DNA of 64,000 nucleotides from the human T2T-CHM13v2.0 reference genome, Homo sapiens (GCF_009914755.1 NC_060934.1), one strand, 5' to 3'; counted from the stretch's first letter, positions 44,901 through 59,471 are shown. The notes: generated from the sequence alone by a model not told the origin. Program-made: numbers and translations.

Positions 44901-45033
44901 TACTGTGAGTGCTCACCTGACTTTGGTTCTATGAAGATGATTTTTTGTGTAGACAGTTGTTAAATTGGTGTCCTTGGAGGCGGGATAATTGGTGGAGCCT
45001 TCTATTAGGCCATCTTGCTCTGCCCTTCTCCCC
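41966..45033 (-). mobile_element. L1MA element with intact 5' and 3' termini and a large internal deletion
   Basis: The 3'UTR and ORF2 C-terminus (41966-42960) are fused directly to a ~2 kb 5'UTR (42961-45033). The 5' terminus reads 'gcagagcaagatggcctaatagaagg' on the minus strand. The host MIR continues on both sides. Confidence 0.88.
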
Positions 45034-45694
45034 AGTCATCCATTTTCTCAATATTTTACCTAGGAATTTCTTAACTTCCCTGGGCCACTAAATCTTCACT
45101 TATAAAATGGGCCTAATAGCTCTTTGCAAATAAGGTCATTTGAGGGATAAAATGAGATAACATATATAAAGTCCTAGCCTAGTGAGCACATAACAGATGA
45201 TCAATAAATATTAGTTATTTTCCCTTCCTTCACTTTTTTTCTTTGCTTTAATATGTCCAGTGACAATAAGCTCATTACTTGCATATTGAGCCAATTAGAA
45301 CAAAGTAACATTCATTTGCACCAATGTATAGTCCACAGTAGTTTCCAGCAAAGGTGCTGAAGCATATTTCCCAGATGTGCAACCAAAGTAGAATCAATGT
45401 GTGTAATTTATTTTTGCAACAACTGCACACATTATTAGGATGACTGTTAGATGCACTGTGCAATCATGAAAACTTAGCAGTGTACAGCCTGCCATGAGTA
45501 GAAAGTAAAACATTATCTCAACCATCACACTGAAGCCAAATAAATTTAAAAATTGGATCTTGGAAGAATGTTTCCCTTTGATAATATACGAGAAGGTTGT
45601 CAGAGAAACAAGCAGTTCTCACTGAGAAGTAACAGAGTACATAAAGTTGATCAAGCGATGTTATAAAAATTGTGGGGTTCTTTCACAGATACTA

Positions 45695-46115
45695 TGTGTC
45701 ACAGGCTGGGTTTCCCCAGGAAATTGACTCTAAGATGGAGATTAGTGTGCAGGAAATTTATTGGAGAATGTTCTCATAACTGGCAACTGTGAGGCAAAAA
45801 GAAAATAGAATTGTGAAGTAGGAACTGAACTGTGATGGAGACACCACAGAGTCCTCAGTTGATTCCCACTGTAGGGAGTGTGAGCATGGGTGCGATGGCC
45901 CTCCTCAGCTGAGGGCAATCAGCGGCTCAACTGAGAGCCATCCGCTGCCAACAATCCCAGCAACTGGGAGAATGAATGCCTTAGTCCTAAAGCGCGGAGG
46001 GGCAGGCGGGACACACATCATCCACTATAGTCCACCCCTCTGAGCTAACAGGATTCACTTGCTTTGTATATTAAATTCTGAGAACATCTCCTTCAAGATT
46101 CTGGTTGGCCTCTTT
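45695..46115 (-). mobile_element. Old ERVL LTR (LTR16/LTR33-like) with a short adjacent internal piece
   Basis: 'gactctaagatggagattagtgtgcaggaaatttattggagaatg...gctgccaacaatcccagcaactggg...tagtccacccct'. Confidence 0.6.
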
Positions 46116-48002
46116 TCTTAGTAAAGAGTCATACTCCAATAGAGCCCATGGTTTTGAATTACTTTTTTTATCTCTAGGATAATTTCTTCATCAATATCCT
46201 AACTCTAGTTGGAGTGGTATCTGCATAGCCCTGTGTAGAAAAATCTCATTTGCCTGTATGACAAAACCAATAAGAAAGTAAAGGAAAATGTAGAGAGATG
46301 AAAAAAAAAAACAGGAAAAAAATAAGGTCCACAGAGAATGCATCTCTTTTAAGGTGTGTGCAGCTGAATAAAGGAAATGAGAACACAGAGAAAGAAAGAA
46401 CACAGAGAAGGCCAATAGTAAAAGAAAAGAGAAGGTGGTCTCAGTGAGGATGAGGATTGGAATAGTGAGAGAGGAACTGATGGGCTGCAAGGAACATGCA
46501 CTGGAAAGGGTTAGAGAAGGTGTGCACAAGTGTAAGGTCTGGTCATCCATTCCTGGGAGGGGTGAAATCAAATTACTAGGTTTGGACAATGTTTGTCTAA
46601 AATCTGGACTGTGCTAGAAGGGAGAGGTTGATTTGATGAGGGAAATGAATGGGGTCAGTCCTATGGATCATTGAGGGAAAATAGACAGATTGCTCTAGTC
46701 AATGGGATGAGGACCTCCTTGGCCATTTTCTGCCATACTCCATTCTCTTTCCAGACTGAGTCCTAGCCTAGATCTGGCATCATCTTTCCTGTTCTGCAAT
46801 TTAGATCAACCTATACACTGAGCACTCATTTTATGCTTACTCTGTGCTCAAAATGGGCTGTTTCTGAGAAGCAGAGGAAAAGTTAAGCTATGATCTGTCC
46901 TCATGAATCTTATAGTAAATGTTTAAATACTTGAAGCAGTGACAGAATGCAATTCATCTGAAGTGTAGGTATAGAACAGAACTTCTGCTAGACCAGCACT
47001 GCTCAGAACAATGAAGAAGGCATAAGTTGGGAGGCAGGCCCTGAAAGAAGGGAAGGATTAGGCCAGATGAAGAGGAGTGGAGAGAAAATTTTCAAGATGA
47101 GGAAGGAACATGAGTGAAGTGTATAGTCTGTGGAAAGAAGTCAAGCGCACAGACAGCCCAACCTGTCTGGGTCAAAATATTCCCAAAGGTGCCTGCTCTG
47201 ATTTTCTGAGCCCTTTAGTCACCTCTCTCTTCCTGCACTCGGACAGCTCTCAAATCCTATTATTTACATATTTCCTGTTTGTGTCCTATTTTACTAACTA
47301 GGCTGCAAACTAGGCATGGAGTCATGTTTTGTATCACTAAAGTCTAAACCAATGTCCTTGAAATTATGGACTTCTAGATTTTGGTAGCAGGGGGCTTAAA
47401 ACCCCTTTTCCAAGCCAGTGATTGTTTTTCTATGTTCCTGATTTAAAAGAAAAATCACTAAGTGCCCTGATGAAAACTGAATGCATCCAAAATATATTAA
47501 ATTAGTCTGAAATCAATGTACGTATTACAACTGATTGCCAACCAGTCCCAGCTCCAAGACCCATATAAAACCTCCAAGAAGGCAAGGATGGTATGAACTT
47601 TACTTTGATAGTGGAGCCCTCTAAGCAAGTAGATGATGTAGATCAGGCAATAAGTCTAAGCCGTTACAGGGTTCGGGTGGCACTCGGATGGCCCTCCTAT
47701 TGTGTGTAGAGTAGACAAGAGACTTTCTTCAGAAATAGGCTCACATGACCCTCTCATTCTGCTTAGAACAAGTATAATTTTGTGAGGGACTCAGAGAGGA
47801 GTCTCTGGAGACTTCTCTGCCATCCTTGGGTGGTGACTTCCATGGTTGAGCAGGGAGCAAGTACAGAATATTCACTTCGAACACATGCTTTTACAACCAA
47901 TACAATCTAAATATTTCCCACTTTAATACTACTCCCATCTGGTGCACACTTTAAATACAAGTTCAGTATCTTTATCAGTAGAGGTTATCACATTGCCTAT
48001 CC

Positions 48003-48199
48003 CAGGGGTCAGCACCTTTGGGGAACATATGGTTTCTGTAACAGCTGTGCAAACATACAACTACTCAACTCTGCTGCTGTAGTGTGAAAGCAGCCATACG
48101 CAAAACAAAAAGGAATTATGACTGTGTTCCATTAAACTTTATTTATAAAAACAGGTGGTAGGCTAGATTTGGCTTGAGGACAATGGTTTGCCAATCCCT
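48003..48199 (-). mobile_element. MER58A
   Basis: 'caggggtcagca...caactactcaactctgc...aaagcagccata...tgtgttccattaaactttatttataaaaacagg...gtttgccaatccct'. Confidence 0.85.
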
Positions 48200-48283
48200 T
48201 CCTTAAACAACTCTAAAATAGAGGTTTTCAACCTGTAGAATGGAAGTGTTGAGACCTCCAAGGTCCTTGAAAATCTGACCCTC

Positions 48284-48990
48284 ATTAGAATGGCAATCAT
48301 TAAAAAGTCAGGAAATAACAGGTGCTGGAGAGGATGTGGAGAAATAGGAACACTTTTACACTGTTGGTGGGACTGTAAACTAGTTCAACCATTGTGGAAG
48401 TCAGTGTGGCGATTCCTCAGGGATCTAGAACTAGAAATACCATTTGACCCAGCCATCCCATTACTGGGTATATACCCAAAGGACTATAAATCATGCTGCT
48501 ATAAAGACACATGCACATGTATGTTTATTGAGGCATTATTCACAATAGCAAAGACTTGGAACCAACCCAAATGTCCAACACTGATAGACTGGATTAAGAA
48601 AATGTGGCACATATACACCATGGAATACTATGCAGCCATAAAAAATGATGAGTTCATGTCCTTTGTAGGGACATGGATGAAACTGGAAATCATCATTCTC
48701 AGTAAACTATCGCAAGAACAAAAAACCAAACACCGCATATTCTCACTCATAGGTGGGAATTGAACAATGAGAACACATGGACACAGGAAGGGGAACATCA
48801 CACTCTGGGGACTGTTGTGGGGTGGGGGGAGGGGGGAGGAATAGCATTGGGAGATATACCTAATGCTAGATGACGAGTTAGTGGGTGCAGCGCAGCAGCA
48901 TGGCACATGTATACATATATAACTAACCTGCACATTGTGCACATGTACCCTAAAACTTAAAGTATAATAATAATGAAAAAAAAGAAAAAA
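48284..48990 (+). mobile_element. L1PA2/PA3 5'-truncated insertion
   Basis: ORF 48290-48763 is an uninterrupted L1 ORF2 C-terminus ending LIGGN*. 3'UTR carries the GAG diagnostic. 15-bp TSD gaaaatctgaccctc at 48269-48283 and 48991-49005. Confidence 0.97.
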
Positions 48991-49089
48991 GAAAATCTGA
49001 CCCTCTATGGCGCTAAGTCTCCCAACTTGCTAATGAGGCTATGTCAGAGCACATGAATAAACAAAAGAGGCAAAGCTCACTAATAAACA

Positions 49090-49357
<268 letters not shown>

Positions 49358-50589
49358 TTATAAGCATTGAATTTTGACTACAAAAATAAATGAGCTTCCA
49401 GCATCCACATATTGAAAAATCAGAAAATGCCACATACCCCCATCTCTCCCTTCTATGGAATTGGGCAGCTGAAGTATTTATGGCCATTATATGAGATGTC
49501 AGCTGTGGGTTAATTGATATGCCCAAAAGGAGCAAGGAAAAATAAATCCAACTACTATTCAGAGTATGTTAGTTGATAAACACAGAGACACAATTTATTA
49601 ATTCCTAGGGAGAATGACATTGGTCAGCCCATATATTGTCATGTAAAATTATTATTCCTGCTCAATAATTCAGTAAAGTTGGAATACTAATGTTAGAGAG
49701 ACACATGTTATGTTGAAAGAAAGGCACCTGTTTCCCTTACCTGCCTTTATGATTTCAAACTAAGCAATCAATACAAACTTCTCCCACTCAAATCTCTGAA
49801 CACCCATCTGGTTCTCCAAAAATATTAAATGACTACAGGGTTTGCCACTTGAAACTGAAAAATCTTCCTTCCCCGTAAAGGGAAGCTCAATCCTCATTCA
49901 AAAAAGTGAATCAGATTTCCTACCAGCATGACAATTCCCCCTCTCTGGCTTAGTAAAATTTTATAAAATGTACAATATGGACTTTAGCTTATTGTGATTT
50001 AAATTCATGCAAGCAAACTTAAAATAATATTTCATCTTAAGCTTTGACTAAGTTGCTACTAATTAACACAAAATGGTACTGGAAATCTAGAGAGCAACAT
50101 ATCACATCTAGGTATCCTGCCACCAAATGGAGCCAATATATTAACAATATTATGATAAATGGCTTCAAAATTATGAATGGTCTGATTCACCGTTCGTGTC
50201 ATGCTATGACAGGTGTCTTTAGTTTCCATACACAGTAATAACCAAATGGTGGTTGTTCCTGAGACCAATAAATATGACAGCAGAGGTGTTATTATTCATA
50301 AAATCATGTGCTCTTTCCAATGTACTTTTCATCCCATGGTTGAGTGACACCAGGACAAAAATGTATAAAAGAAAAAGCTGACTTCAGCTTCCCCCAATTC
50401 CACTTTTGGTGCTTTCTATCTCCATGTCATGGCTTATGGAGATCAAGTCAAGCCCCTTCAAACTGGGTCTCAGATACCCAAGTCAGATCAATACCCAGGC
50501 CTGGCCTCCCCAAGTGGTGGCTATGTATGAAGTCTCCCAATTTCTAGGCTGATAGAACCTTATTCCAATTTTGTGCCCATTCTTGGCTG

Positions 50590-50920
50590 GAGACTGAATG
50601 GCAGAGGTTCCACATGCCTATGCAGCTGACCCCCAATAAAAACTCTGGACACCAACGCTCGAGTGAGATTTCCTGATTGGCAAAACTTTGCACAAGTTGT
50701 CACATATCGTTGCTGGGAAAATTAAAGGCTGTCCAGCAACTCCACTGGGAGAGAACAACTCTTCTCTCATGGCCTCAGTCTTATTCACTTTTTGCCTTTG
50801 CTGATTTTAAATTGTATGTTTTTGCTGTAATAAACTGCAACATGAGTGTAACAACTTGCCTAGGTTCTTTGAGTCTTCTAGTGAGTCATCAAATCTGAGA
50901 GTAACCCTGGGGACAACCAA
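50590..50920 (+). mobile_element. MER21-like LTR 3' part
   Basis: 'ccccaataaaaactctggacacc...gttgtcacatatcgttgctggg...tttgctgattttaa...gctgtaataaac...tctagtgagtcatcaaatctgag'. Confidence 0.75.
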
Positions 50921-51379
50921 TAAAAAGACAGTGACATAGAGAGAAATTGTCATGAACCTCCAACCATGTATTTCTAATTTTAAACTCCAGTCCTACAATT
51001 TTTAGAAGTACAACCATAGAAAAGTGACTGAATGCCATTGAATTCCAGTTTCCTCATGTGCGACCAAGGTGATAATACCTGTATCATAGAGTTGCATGAA
51101 GTAAATAAGTTTGCAACTAAAGCACCTAGCACAATGCCTGGTACATCATAGGTACACAATATGTGTTACTTCCTTTCTCCCAATTTTAAACTAAGTATTA
51201 TGTTGATTCTTATTCAGTTTTAGCAGGAATTGGGATGGGGGAACCTCTTTCCGACCTCGTAACTCAGACTAAGAAAAAGTAAATGTTCCTAAAGCTGATC
51301 AAAGTTTAAAAGGCTCCTTTTTAAAGATCTAGTCAAAAACTTTGGACTTAGCTGATTCTACTGCTAGTGAAATGTCTGT

Positions 51380-51910
51380 GCTGTCCCCATCAATAAAGGT
51401 TTGTATACAACTGAGGTAAGCCAGACACTGGGACTATAGTGGTAAGTAAGACAACCAACGGCCCTGCTCTCATAGAGACCAAATAAATAAATATAAAATA
51501 AATGAGTTTGCTGCAGATAGTTAGAAAGGTTATGAGGATGATAAAGTAAGGGAATGGGATACAGAATGTCTGGGTGGGGCTGGCATCATCTATGCTGTGG
51601 TAAGGGAGGGTCTCTGAGAAGGCAGCATCAGGGCTGAGGCTGAGGCTAGGTGATAAGAATCTATCTGTGTGGAAAGCTTGGGAGGTTCTTTCCAGGCTGA
51701 GGGATCAGCATGTTCAAAGGCCCTAAGGTGAGAATGAACTTGGCAGATGAAAGGAGCTGGAGCATAAGCACCTCGGGGATGGCTGGCTGGAGGGGAGGTC
51801 AGGGGCTGCGCAAGGGCAAGACTGTGAGGATTTGTGGGGCGTGGAGGCGTCAGCGTTTACCCACATTCAGTGGGAAGCTGTAGAGAAGTTTTAAGCAAGG
51901 ACTTGGCCTA
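51380..51910 (-). mobile_element. L2
   Basis: 'gccagacactgggactatagtgg...ggccctgctctcatagag...ttccaggctgagggatcagcatgttcaaaggccctaagg...ttttaagcaagg'. Confidence 0.8.
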
Positions 51911-54369
51911 ATCTGAAATCATTATTTTAACATTTTAAAATAATCCCTGTTGACTAATGGCAATGACATTAAATACTAGATTTGGAAGGAAACTAAAAGA
52001 TCCCTTATCCCTAAATGCCTCATTTTAAGGATAAGAAATTGGAAACACAGAAAGGAGAAATTGTTCAAAGTTACCCATGAGGTTAAGAGAAGCAGCAGAG
52101 CCAAGACTCAGACCTCTGATCTCTCGGCTTATAGGGTCTCTGCAACTGCCAATCACCACCCAAGTCCTCAGTGCTGTGTTGGCTGCAAAAGAATGAGACT
52201 GAACATATCCTGGGCTGTTGACTCACACATCTGTTCTAATATTTCTCATGTCTTATGCTCATGAAAACACCAGTGTCTGTGACTAAGATATCATTCCCAA
52301 AGATGCCAGTACTGAAGGTGCCGAAAGGGTTCTGCAAAAATGGAGAAAATGATCTATTTTCAATTCCATGCCACATTTGTTCTCCTAGGTCCCAAAGGGA
52401 AATTGCTTGAGGCTGTAGTCTTACAGAGTCCCCATTACAATAACTCCCTTGTGATCTCCCCTAACCCTCTGCTACCTAGTCTCTCTCTTTCCCATCCCTC
52501 CTGCATCAGCCCACAAATAAATACCCTTTTGCCAAAAAATAACAACGAACCAAAAGTCATTCATTTCAAATCATACACTTCGTTCAAATCAAGCCTGCTA
52601 TGATCCCAGCCAGGCCTCCCTCCTAAATGAGTTGAGGGAAGCAAGGCTGCCCAGACTAAAGTTGCATGTCCCCTCAAAGCCTTCCCTGCAAGGCTTTAAC
52701 AAGTGAAAATTTGCTTTTTAGGAAAGTATCATTCCTGCAAAGCCTTGTATTTCTGTGTGACTTGAACAATGCCAGTACTATACTGCCCATAGAATGGTAG
52801 AGAAGGGATTTATTGCTCAAACGGCTTCTTGATAACTCATTGGCCTCAGCAGAGATATCCATAATTTATGGAGGAAGTGATCAATCACTAGAAAATACAT
52901 CCTGCCCATTAAAGGAAGCTGTCAGCCTCCTGCCAGCCCATCTCACTGGACTGGAGAGTCTGAGCCAAGGGCACTTGGGACAGCCTCTTTCTGGCATTGG
53001 TTTTCAGGGAACAGAAAGAAATTTTGTCATTGACTCAAAAGCTCTAAGGCCTAAAAAGGAGCTGAGTTTTGGAAAATAGATTCACATAGGGGAAAATAGG
53101 AGGACAAGAGAGATCTGTCTTAAAGGGAGAAGCTTTCAACTATTCCTGCAGTAGATGGGGGTGCACGCATGAATCCATGAGTCTTCTATCTGTGGCCAGA
53201 AATAAGATTTGGAGATTAAAGGCTGGTGGTCAAGCTGGGGTTTTGGAAACATAGAGTGAGCAGCTGCTTAGCTATTCCACTTGCAAAATAAGAGGAAAGG
53301 CAGGATCGAGAGTGAAGCAAAAACAGGAGAGCAAGTGAAAGACAGATGCAACCAAAGAAGAAAAAAGAAGGCAAATATTTACTAATCAAAGAAGCAAAGG
53401 GAGTGAGAGGAAGTTGCCTAGAATCATAATGTGTCTGTAATTGCTCATCAGATCAGCTAACTTGGCCCAAATCTAATGTCATTCTTATTTTCAAATGCTC
53501 ATGAGCTCTAAGGGATACCTGTTTCCTCTCTCCTGTGAGTTCTGAAAATAGAAACGCCCAGACATTTCATGTCACACTGGTTTGAGCTCCTGCTAGTTCT
53601 TCTTACCACACAGAGGCAGCTCTGAGTCCACTGTTTCCTGACCCACAGGTTCTATCTGTGAGTTCCTTGCCCTCTGGAGCAACTGGAAGACATTTAGTTC
53701 TCCTGCTCCCACTGAGGCATTCCTACAAGGGCTTCTGTGGATGAAATTGAGAAGTAGCCCCAAGAATTTTTGTGTCTTTCCCTCAGGGCTCTCAAAAGAG
53801 AAAGCATCTTTCCTCCTGCCACCCCACTTTCGATCTACTCACAAAGACATCATTTATACCCAGATATCATTGGAATGTCCTCCTCTCTGTATTTTTACAT
53901 TTCAGTTAGGATCAAGCCCTAAGTCTAAAGAATGAATTGCTAAGAGTGGAATATTAGTGACAGCCAGTCTTATGAGTAGGCTGGACCCAGTGAAAGCATC
54001 CTTGATACGGCCTTTAACACCCTAAAGGATGTGGCCTCTGCCCAGATCTCTGACATATTCTACTACTTGTGACACTCATCTCCCTGCTCAAACATACTAC
54101 CATCCCATCAGACACAGGGCTTTTGCACACACTCTTCCTTCCATCTGGTACTTTCTTCTGCAGCTCTGCACATAGTCACCAGTCCAGCTTAGTCTTCACA
54201 TCTCAGCCTCCCTGCCTCCTCAGATGAGGTCAGGCCTCCCTACTAGAGGTTCCCCAGCACCATACGCTACTCCTTCACAGCAAGTATGATTCATTCCTTC
54301 TTTGTCCTAAAGGTCCTCATGTCAGAACACATATGACAGTTTCCAGCTGTCCCAAGAGGACCGGTATGA

Positions 54370-55250
54370 CCAGGCTATAATGGGAGGAGGGATAAGTAGG
54401 CCAGAGAGGCAAACTGGCCAGATTAGTCAGGTGCATGAAAGCTTCATTCAGGATTTTATTCTGAGCACAATCAGAAAACACAGGAGGATTTTACACAGGG
54501 GAGTGACATGATCTATATTGATCTATACTCTAATTGAGTACTCCAGCTACTGTTTGCAAATGGACATAGGTAGAAGGCAACTTTAGAAGATGTTGGAAGG
54601 CTACTGTTGTGCCAGGGATGTTTTGTGGAGGTACAGAGGGGTCAATGGATTCAGTGTATGTTCCACACAATACACTGATAGATTAAATGGACTCAGCAAA
54701 TGACACCACACAATATACTGATAGATTAAATGTGGTTCTTGAGGGACAGAGAAGAACTAGGATTGGGCTTGGCTAATTAGTAAATGCAGTGTTGTTTATT
54801 GACATGAAAAAGATTGGAAAAAGTAGCCGAGGGGGAGAAGTCAATGTTGTTTTGATAAGTTAGAATTGAGATGTCTTTTAAATATCCAAGTGGAAATGTC
54901 AGGAAAGCAGATGGAATTGCTAGGAAACGTTAGGGCTGGAAAAAGATATTGGGCAATGATAGACCTATGGAGAGGTTTGCCAGAGTCAGTGTTGCTCTTT
55001 GAGTACAATGGAATGAGGGGCTGACATCCATGAGGTTTGCAAGTGAGTGAACAGAAAGAACCAAGGAACCTACATGGGTGAGAAGAAAAAGAAAGACCTG
55101 AGCATAGTGAGAATACAGAAAAGTAATAGGGTAGAGGATTGAAAGTCACAACGAGGCTGTGTAATTTCTAAAGTGGGAGATCTAGAGTGAGTGAGATGGA
55201 AGGATATGAGGTGGTGCTCAGAGCAGAGACCTCTGCTATAGACCAACCTC
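54370..55250 (-). mobile_element. L2 (a plus-strand L2 piece lies at about 54000-54290)
   Basis: 'ggattttacacaggggagtgacatgatc...ttgagatgtcttttaaatatccaagtggaaatgtcaggaaagcagatgga'. Confidence 0.7.
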
Positions 55251-57025
55251 ATTAGGCTAGTTTACCCATTCCAAATCCTAAAACTTCGCTATGCTGGCAT
55301 CCTTGCTCTGCTCCAAAATACCCTCCCTCCTTTTTAGGTATTAATCTATCCATGGATGTTGTCACACACTCTGTAACTTTAAACCAGCTTGATGTGTCTG
55401 AAGGCTGCACATAGGTTGACCACTCAATGGAGGTTGAAACGGTTTCAAAGCCATTTGTGGACACCTTCCTGAATCACTTCCTGTTGGCTGTTGCGCTGCT
55501 TGGTTTATGACCTGGTTGAACTCTGCTCAGCTCTTATGCTCTTTGCTCTAGTCTAGAGTCTTGGCTCCATCATCCATGCAAGATCATGCTCCCTGCTCTG
55601 CATTCTCTTGCATGGTGATGGCTGCCAGTTACTTTCTTGGAACTAAACCTCTGGCCAACATGGGACCCAGCTTGGTCTGCCTGCTTCTCCATGAGGGAAA
55701 GGATTAGAAAAGACCCACAGCTTCCTTCGTGATCCCCTTCCCAGAACGCCTTCTCTAGCAGACGCATCTCCATGCTGGCAAGCTCCTCCTCCCGTTTTCT
55801 TTCTACACTTGAGAATGTGTTCCCATCAGTTTTGTAAACACGTTTCTTCTGGCACATTTTAATTGTTTGTTGGAATGTTGTTGCACTCCTTATTTCTGTT
55901 TTTTAATTTTTGACATGTTTTTATGGAATTTTATATCCTTTTTGTTGCTCATTTTTATATGAAATTTGGTTATTTTCCTTCCTATCTTCATGGCTCTAGA
56001 GCTCCCTCTTCTGCTCTTCTTGTGAAGTGTTCATGATATGTTTTCCTTCCTGACAATCTCCTAGCTCTGGACTCCTCCCCTCCTTTCATGTAAACTTTGT
56101 TTTTTCTTTATCTCTATTGACCCCGTACTGCTCACTTTGAATCTTACTCCAAGCAGTTCCTACTCACTGTGGAGCTTTGTCTTAAAAGGGAGTTTTGTCT
56201 GGTTAGTTTAAAGCATTCGCAAGGTCCAGACTCTCAGGCCCCTTCAGATCTGACCACTTGCACACACTGCTAGCAGAGTCTGCAAAATTCTGAGTTTGGC
56301 AGTTGCTCTCAGGTTGGCCCTCTGAGGTTTCCAGTGAAAACCTGTCTGATTGACTGGGGGACTGTGACATACATTAGATACCCCATTGTTTTCCTTTGCT
56401 TTCACCAGTACAGCTTTGATACCATTCAGGTCTTGAAGGATCAGTGGTTTGTCCCTACCTACTCATATTTAGCTTTCATGGAGATACCTTATCAATTATT
56501 GTAAATGTTTATCATAGATTTGGGGGGCTTGGGATTTTTCTATCTAATTGCTCTGTTTAATTTTATGATGGTACTTGGAGAAATTAAATTTCTCAAACAT
56601 TGTAAGTGGTAGACGTCAGATATAAATCCAGTCATTTTGCCTATGAAGTCCATACTACTAACCACTCTGCAAGGCTGCATCTAAGTGTCATTAGCTGTCA
56701 GAAGAATAAGTAGAAATTAAACAAATGAAAAATAGAAATAGACCAGTTCTAGGTTAAGAGAAAGGGATAGACAAAGGCCCTGGGGCTTCTGTGCTTTAGA
56801 GAAATGGAAAAAAGCCAGCTACAGCTTTGTGAGACATGGGAGCAAATCATGAAAGGATGCATGAAAAGGAAGCCAAAGCAGATAATTCAGGACACTGCAA
56901 GCCAGGGACAGGATTATTTTATCTTACATGCAATGCAAAGCCATCAGAAAAGCTGTAATGTGCATGCAATATTTCAAGAGAGCTCAGAAGAGGGATCACT
57001 TTGCTTCACTTAAAGAACTAAATTA

Positions 57026-57295
<270 letters not shown>

Positions 57296-59471
57296 TAAAT
57301 TACATATCTCTGGAACTAAAGAATGATTTGACCACAGACAAGATGGGCAAATGGCGTGGTATAGTGCACTCATGGCCCACTAGGAAGTGAACCAAGACAG
57401 GAGTGAAGATGGTACCTGGGGGGAAAGTCATGAGATAGGAGGCTGGAGAACATGGATACTCAGGGCCAGATTGAGATGGCCCTGGGCAGTCCTTTCTTAA
57501 GGCATTCCTGGGAGCAATGGCCTTCCTCCACATCAGTTGCTACTGGAAGAAATGCAGAGATAGAGCCACGGAGCCTGTGTCATAATCAGAACTTAAAAAA
57601 GCTGCTACTTCAGATTGAATAGAGCTGCACATTTTTACAATTTTCACAATTTTTACAATTTTCAGAGCTCTACATCAGAAGGTCAGCCACATTCACCTGT
57701 CAAGATATTTTGGGCAGTAATGACTCCCCTTTCTTGCTATTCTTATCAGTTGCCTTTTGTTATAGTCACTGGGGCTTTGTGAGCTAGCTTTCTCATAAGT
57801 CTTCTGTATAATGTAGTATTCGGCACTTTTCCTATTCTCATTCAAACTTCAGCAAAAATATCAGGGAAAATGGGGGAAAGGATGATGCCTGCAACTTGAG
57901 TATTATTTTTATCTACATCACATGGAGTGAAGTTGCTTAAACGCTGTAGAACTATGACATAGTTCTGGGATTTCATATATTCAATATGTACATAAAGCAG
58001 GACCACTTTTCTATACTTTAGTGACCATTTTACTTCTAGCGCTGCTTTAGGCTTCCATTTAAAATTCTGATTCTTAATCTAAGTTTGAAATCATTGGGAA
58101 TTATTTGTGGAAAGGCCAGTGGATGGTGAGGCATTAGGCCAAAGGGAGGTCAGGACCCGTTGAGTCTGCTAAGGGCAAGGATGTATGTAAGAGCACAGGT
58201 GTGAGCCATTAGCAGCCAGCACCTGCAGCAGCTGAGGCCTAAGTGTATCAGCCTGGTCGAGGGAATCTGGGTGGGGTACGGGAAGCATCTGCTCTGTGGG
58301 GCTTGGATGGGACAACATCCCTAATATTTCTCACAATGCCTTTTCTCTACTCAGTAACCCCACGATCTTTTCAGAAGTGTTAACAAAGCCTGTGACTTTT
58401 ATTTGCTCTGATACTGTTTCTTGATGGCAGTGCTCTGAATGGGGTCTCAGTCCTAAGGCTGTGGTCTAATGGCCATGCCTTTGAGACAGTAGCAGTTTCA
58501 TTTTCCAACCACGAAAGTCCAGAATCTCTGGAATCTCTATATTCATCTGAAACTGTTCATAAACCTTCTTTCCTGGAGCTAATCCCTTTCTTGTACTACT
58601 TTATCAAATGTACATGTAGCGACTGGCTCATACTTTCAAATTCTGCTTCCAACTGACTAACCTGATGCTCAAGTTCATTTAGAACACTTTCTGTTTTCCA
58701 TATTCCACAGGCAATAGTTTCACAAAATGTTTGCCAGCACATGAATTACCATTCTCCCAACATCCTATAACAGTCTCTTCACTGCCATCTATCCACCAAG
58801 AGGCAATGCAAATACTATGGATATATAATTCTTTGGGACCAACAGTAGTAATTACCACAGTCTATTGCCCAAGCTGGACAAATGGGAATTCTTTTGATGG
58901 GGATAGACATCAGAAGTTACCTCTGTGGATGTGATCTGGATAGCTGTGGCATAGCCCCTTCTACCATGTGACTACCGGCAAAGAGAGCCCATCTGTAGAC
59001 ATAGAGAAATAAAGCAGGTGAACAGAACAAAGCAGACATGTGAGAGGCACAGAGAGGCTTCCCTGGATTCTTGGTACCTGACAATTTTCCCTTTTCTGGA
59101 AGGGTTCCAGCTCCTTCCATCTCAACTTCAGCAATAATAATGGAAACTTGAAAAGGCTCTCAGAAGACCATCTCCTTCAGGAGCCTCCCATACTCTAAAA
59201 AATGAGGCAGCATTTCTCTCCTATTGACTATCAGTCTGAATCCTTTGTAGAATCACTTGCATTAACATCCGCAGTAAATCCAAGTATGGGGGAGTGGAAT
59301 TTCTTCTTGATTTTTTGTCATGTTTTAAATACAGCTTTGTTGTTGTTGTTGTTGTTTTTAATAGAGTTCAGGAGTAGAAACTTTGGAATCAGAAAGATTT
59401 GAATTTGAATCTGATATAAACAACTTGCTTTTGGTGTATCTTATAATTTTAGGCAATGTACTCAACCTTAG

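Noticed and set aside
46191-46589. 132-aa hydrophobic minus-strand ORF
   Set aside because: Low-complexity product of a purine-rich plus strand, with no recognisable domain or splice support.
48290-48763. Longest ORF (157 aa) with a CCHC-like motif, and similar ORFs at 13321-13773 and 4510-4855
   Set aside because: These are C-termini of L1 ORF2p in 5'-truncated insertions, not host genes.
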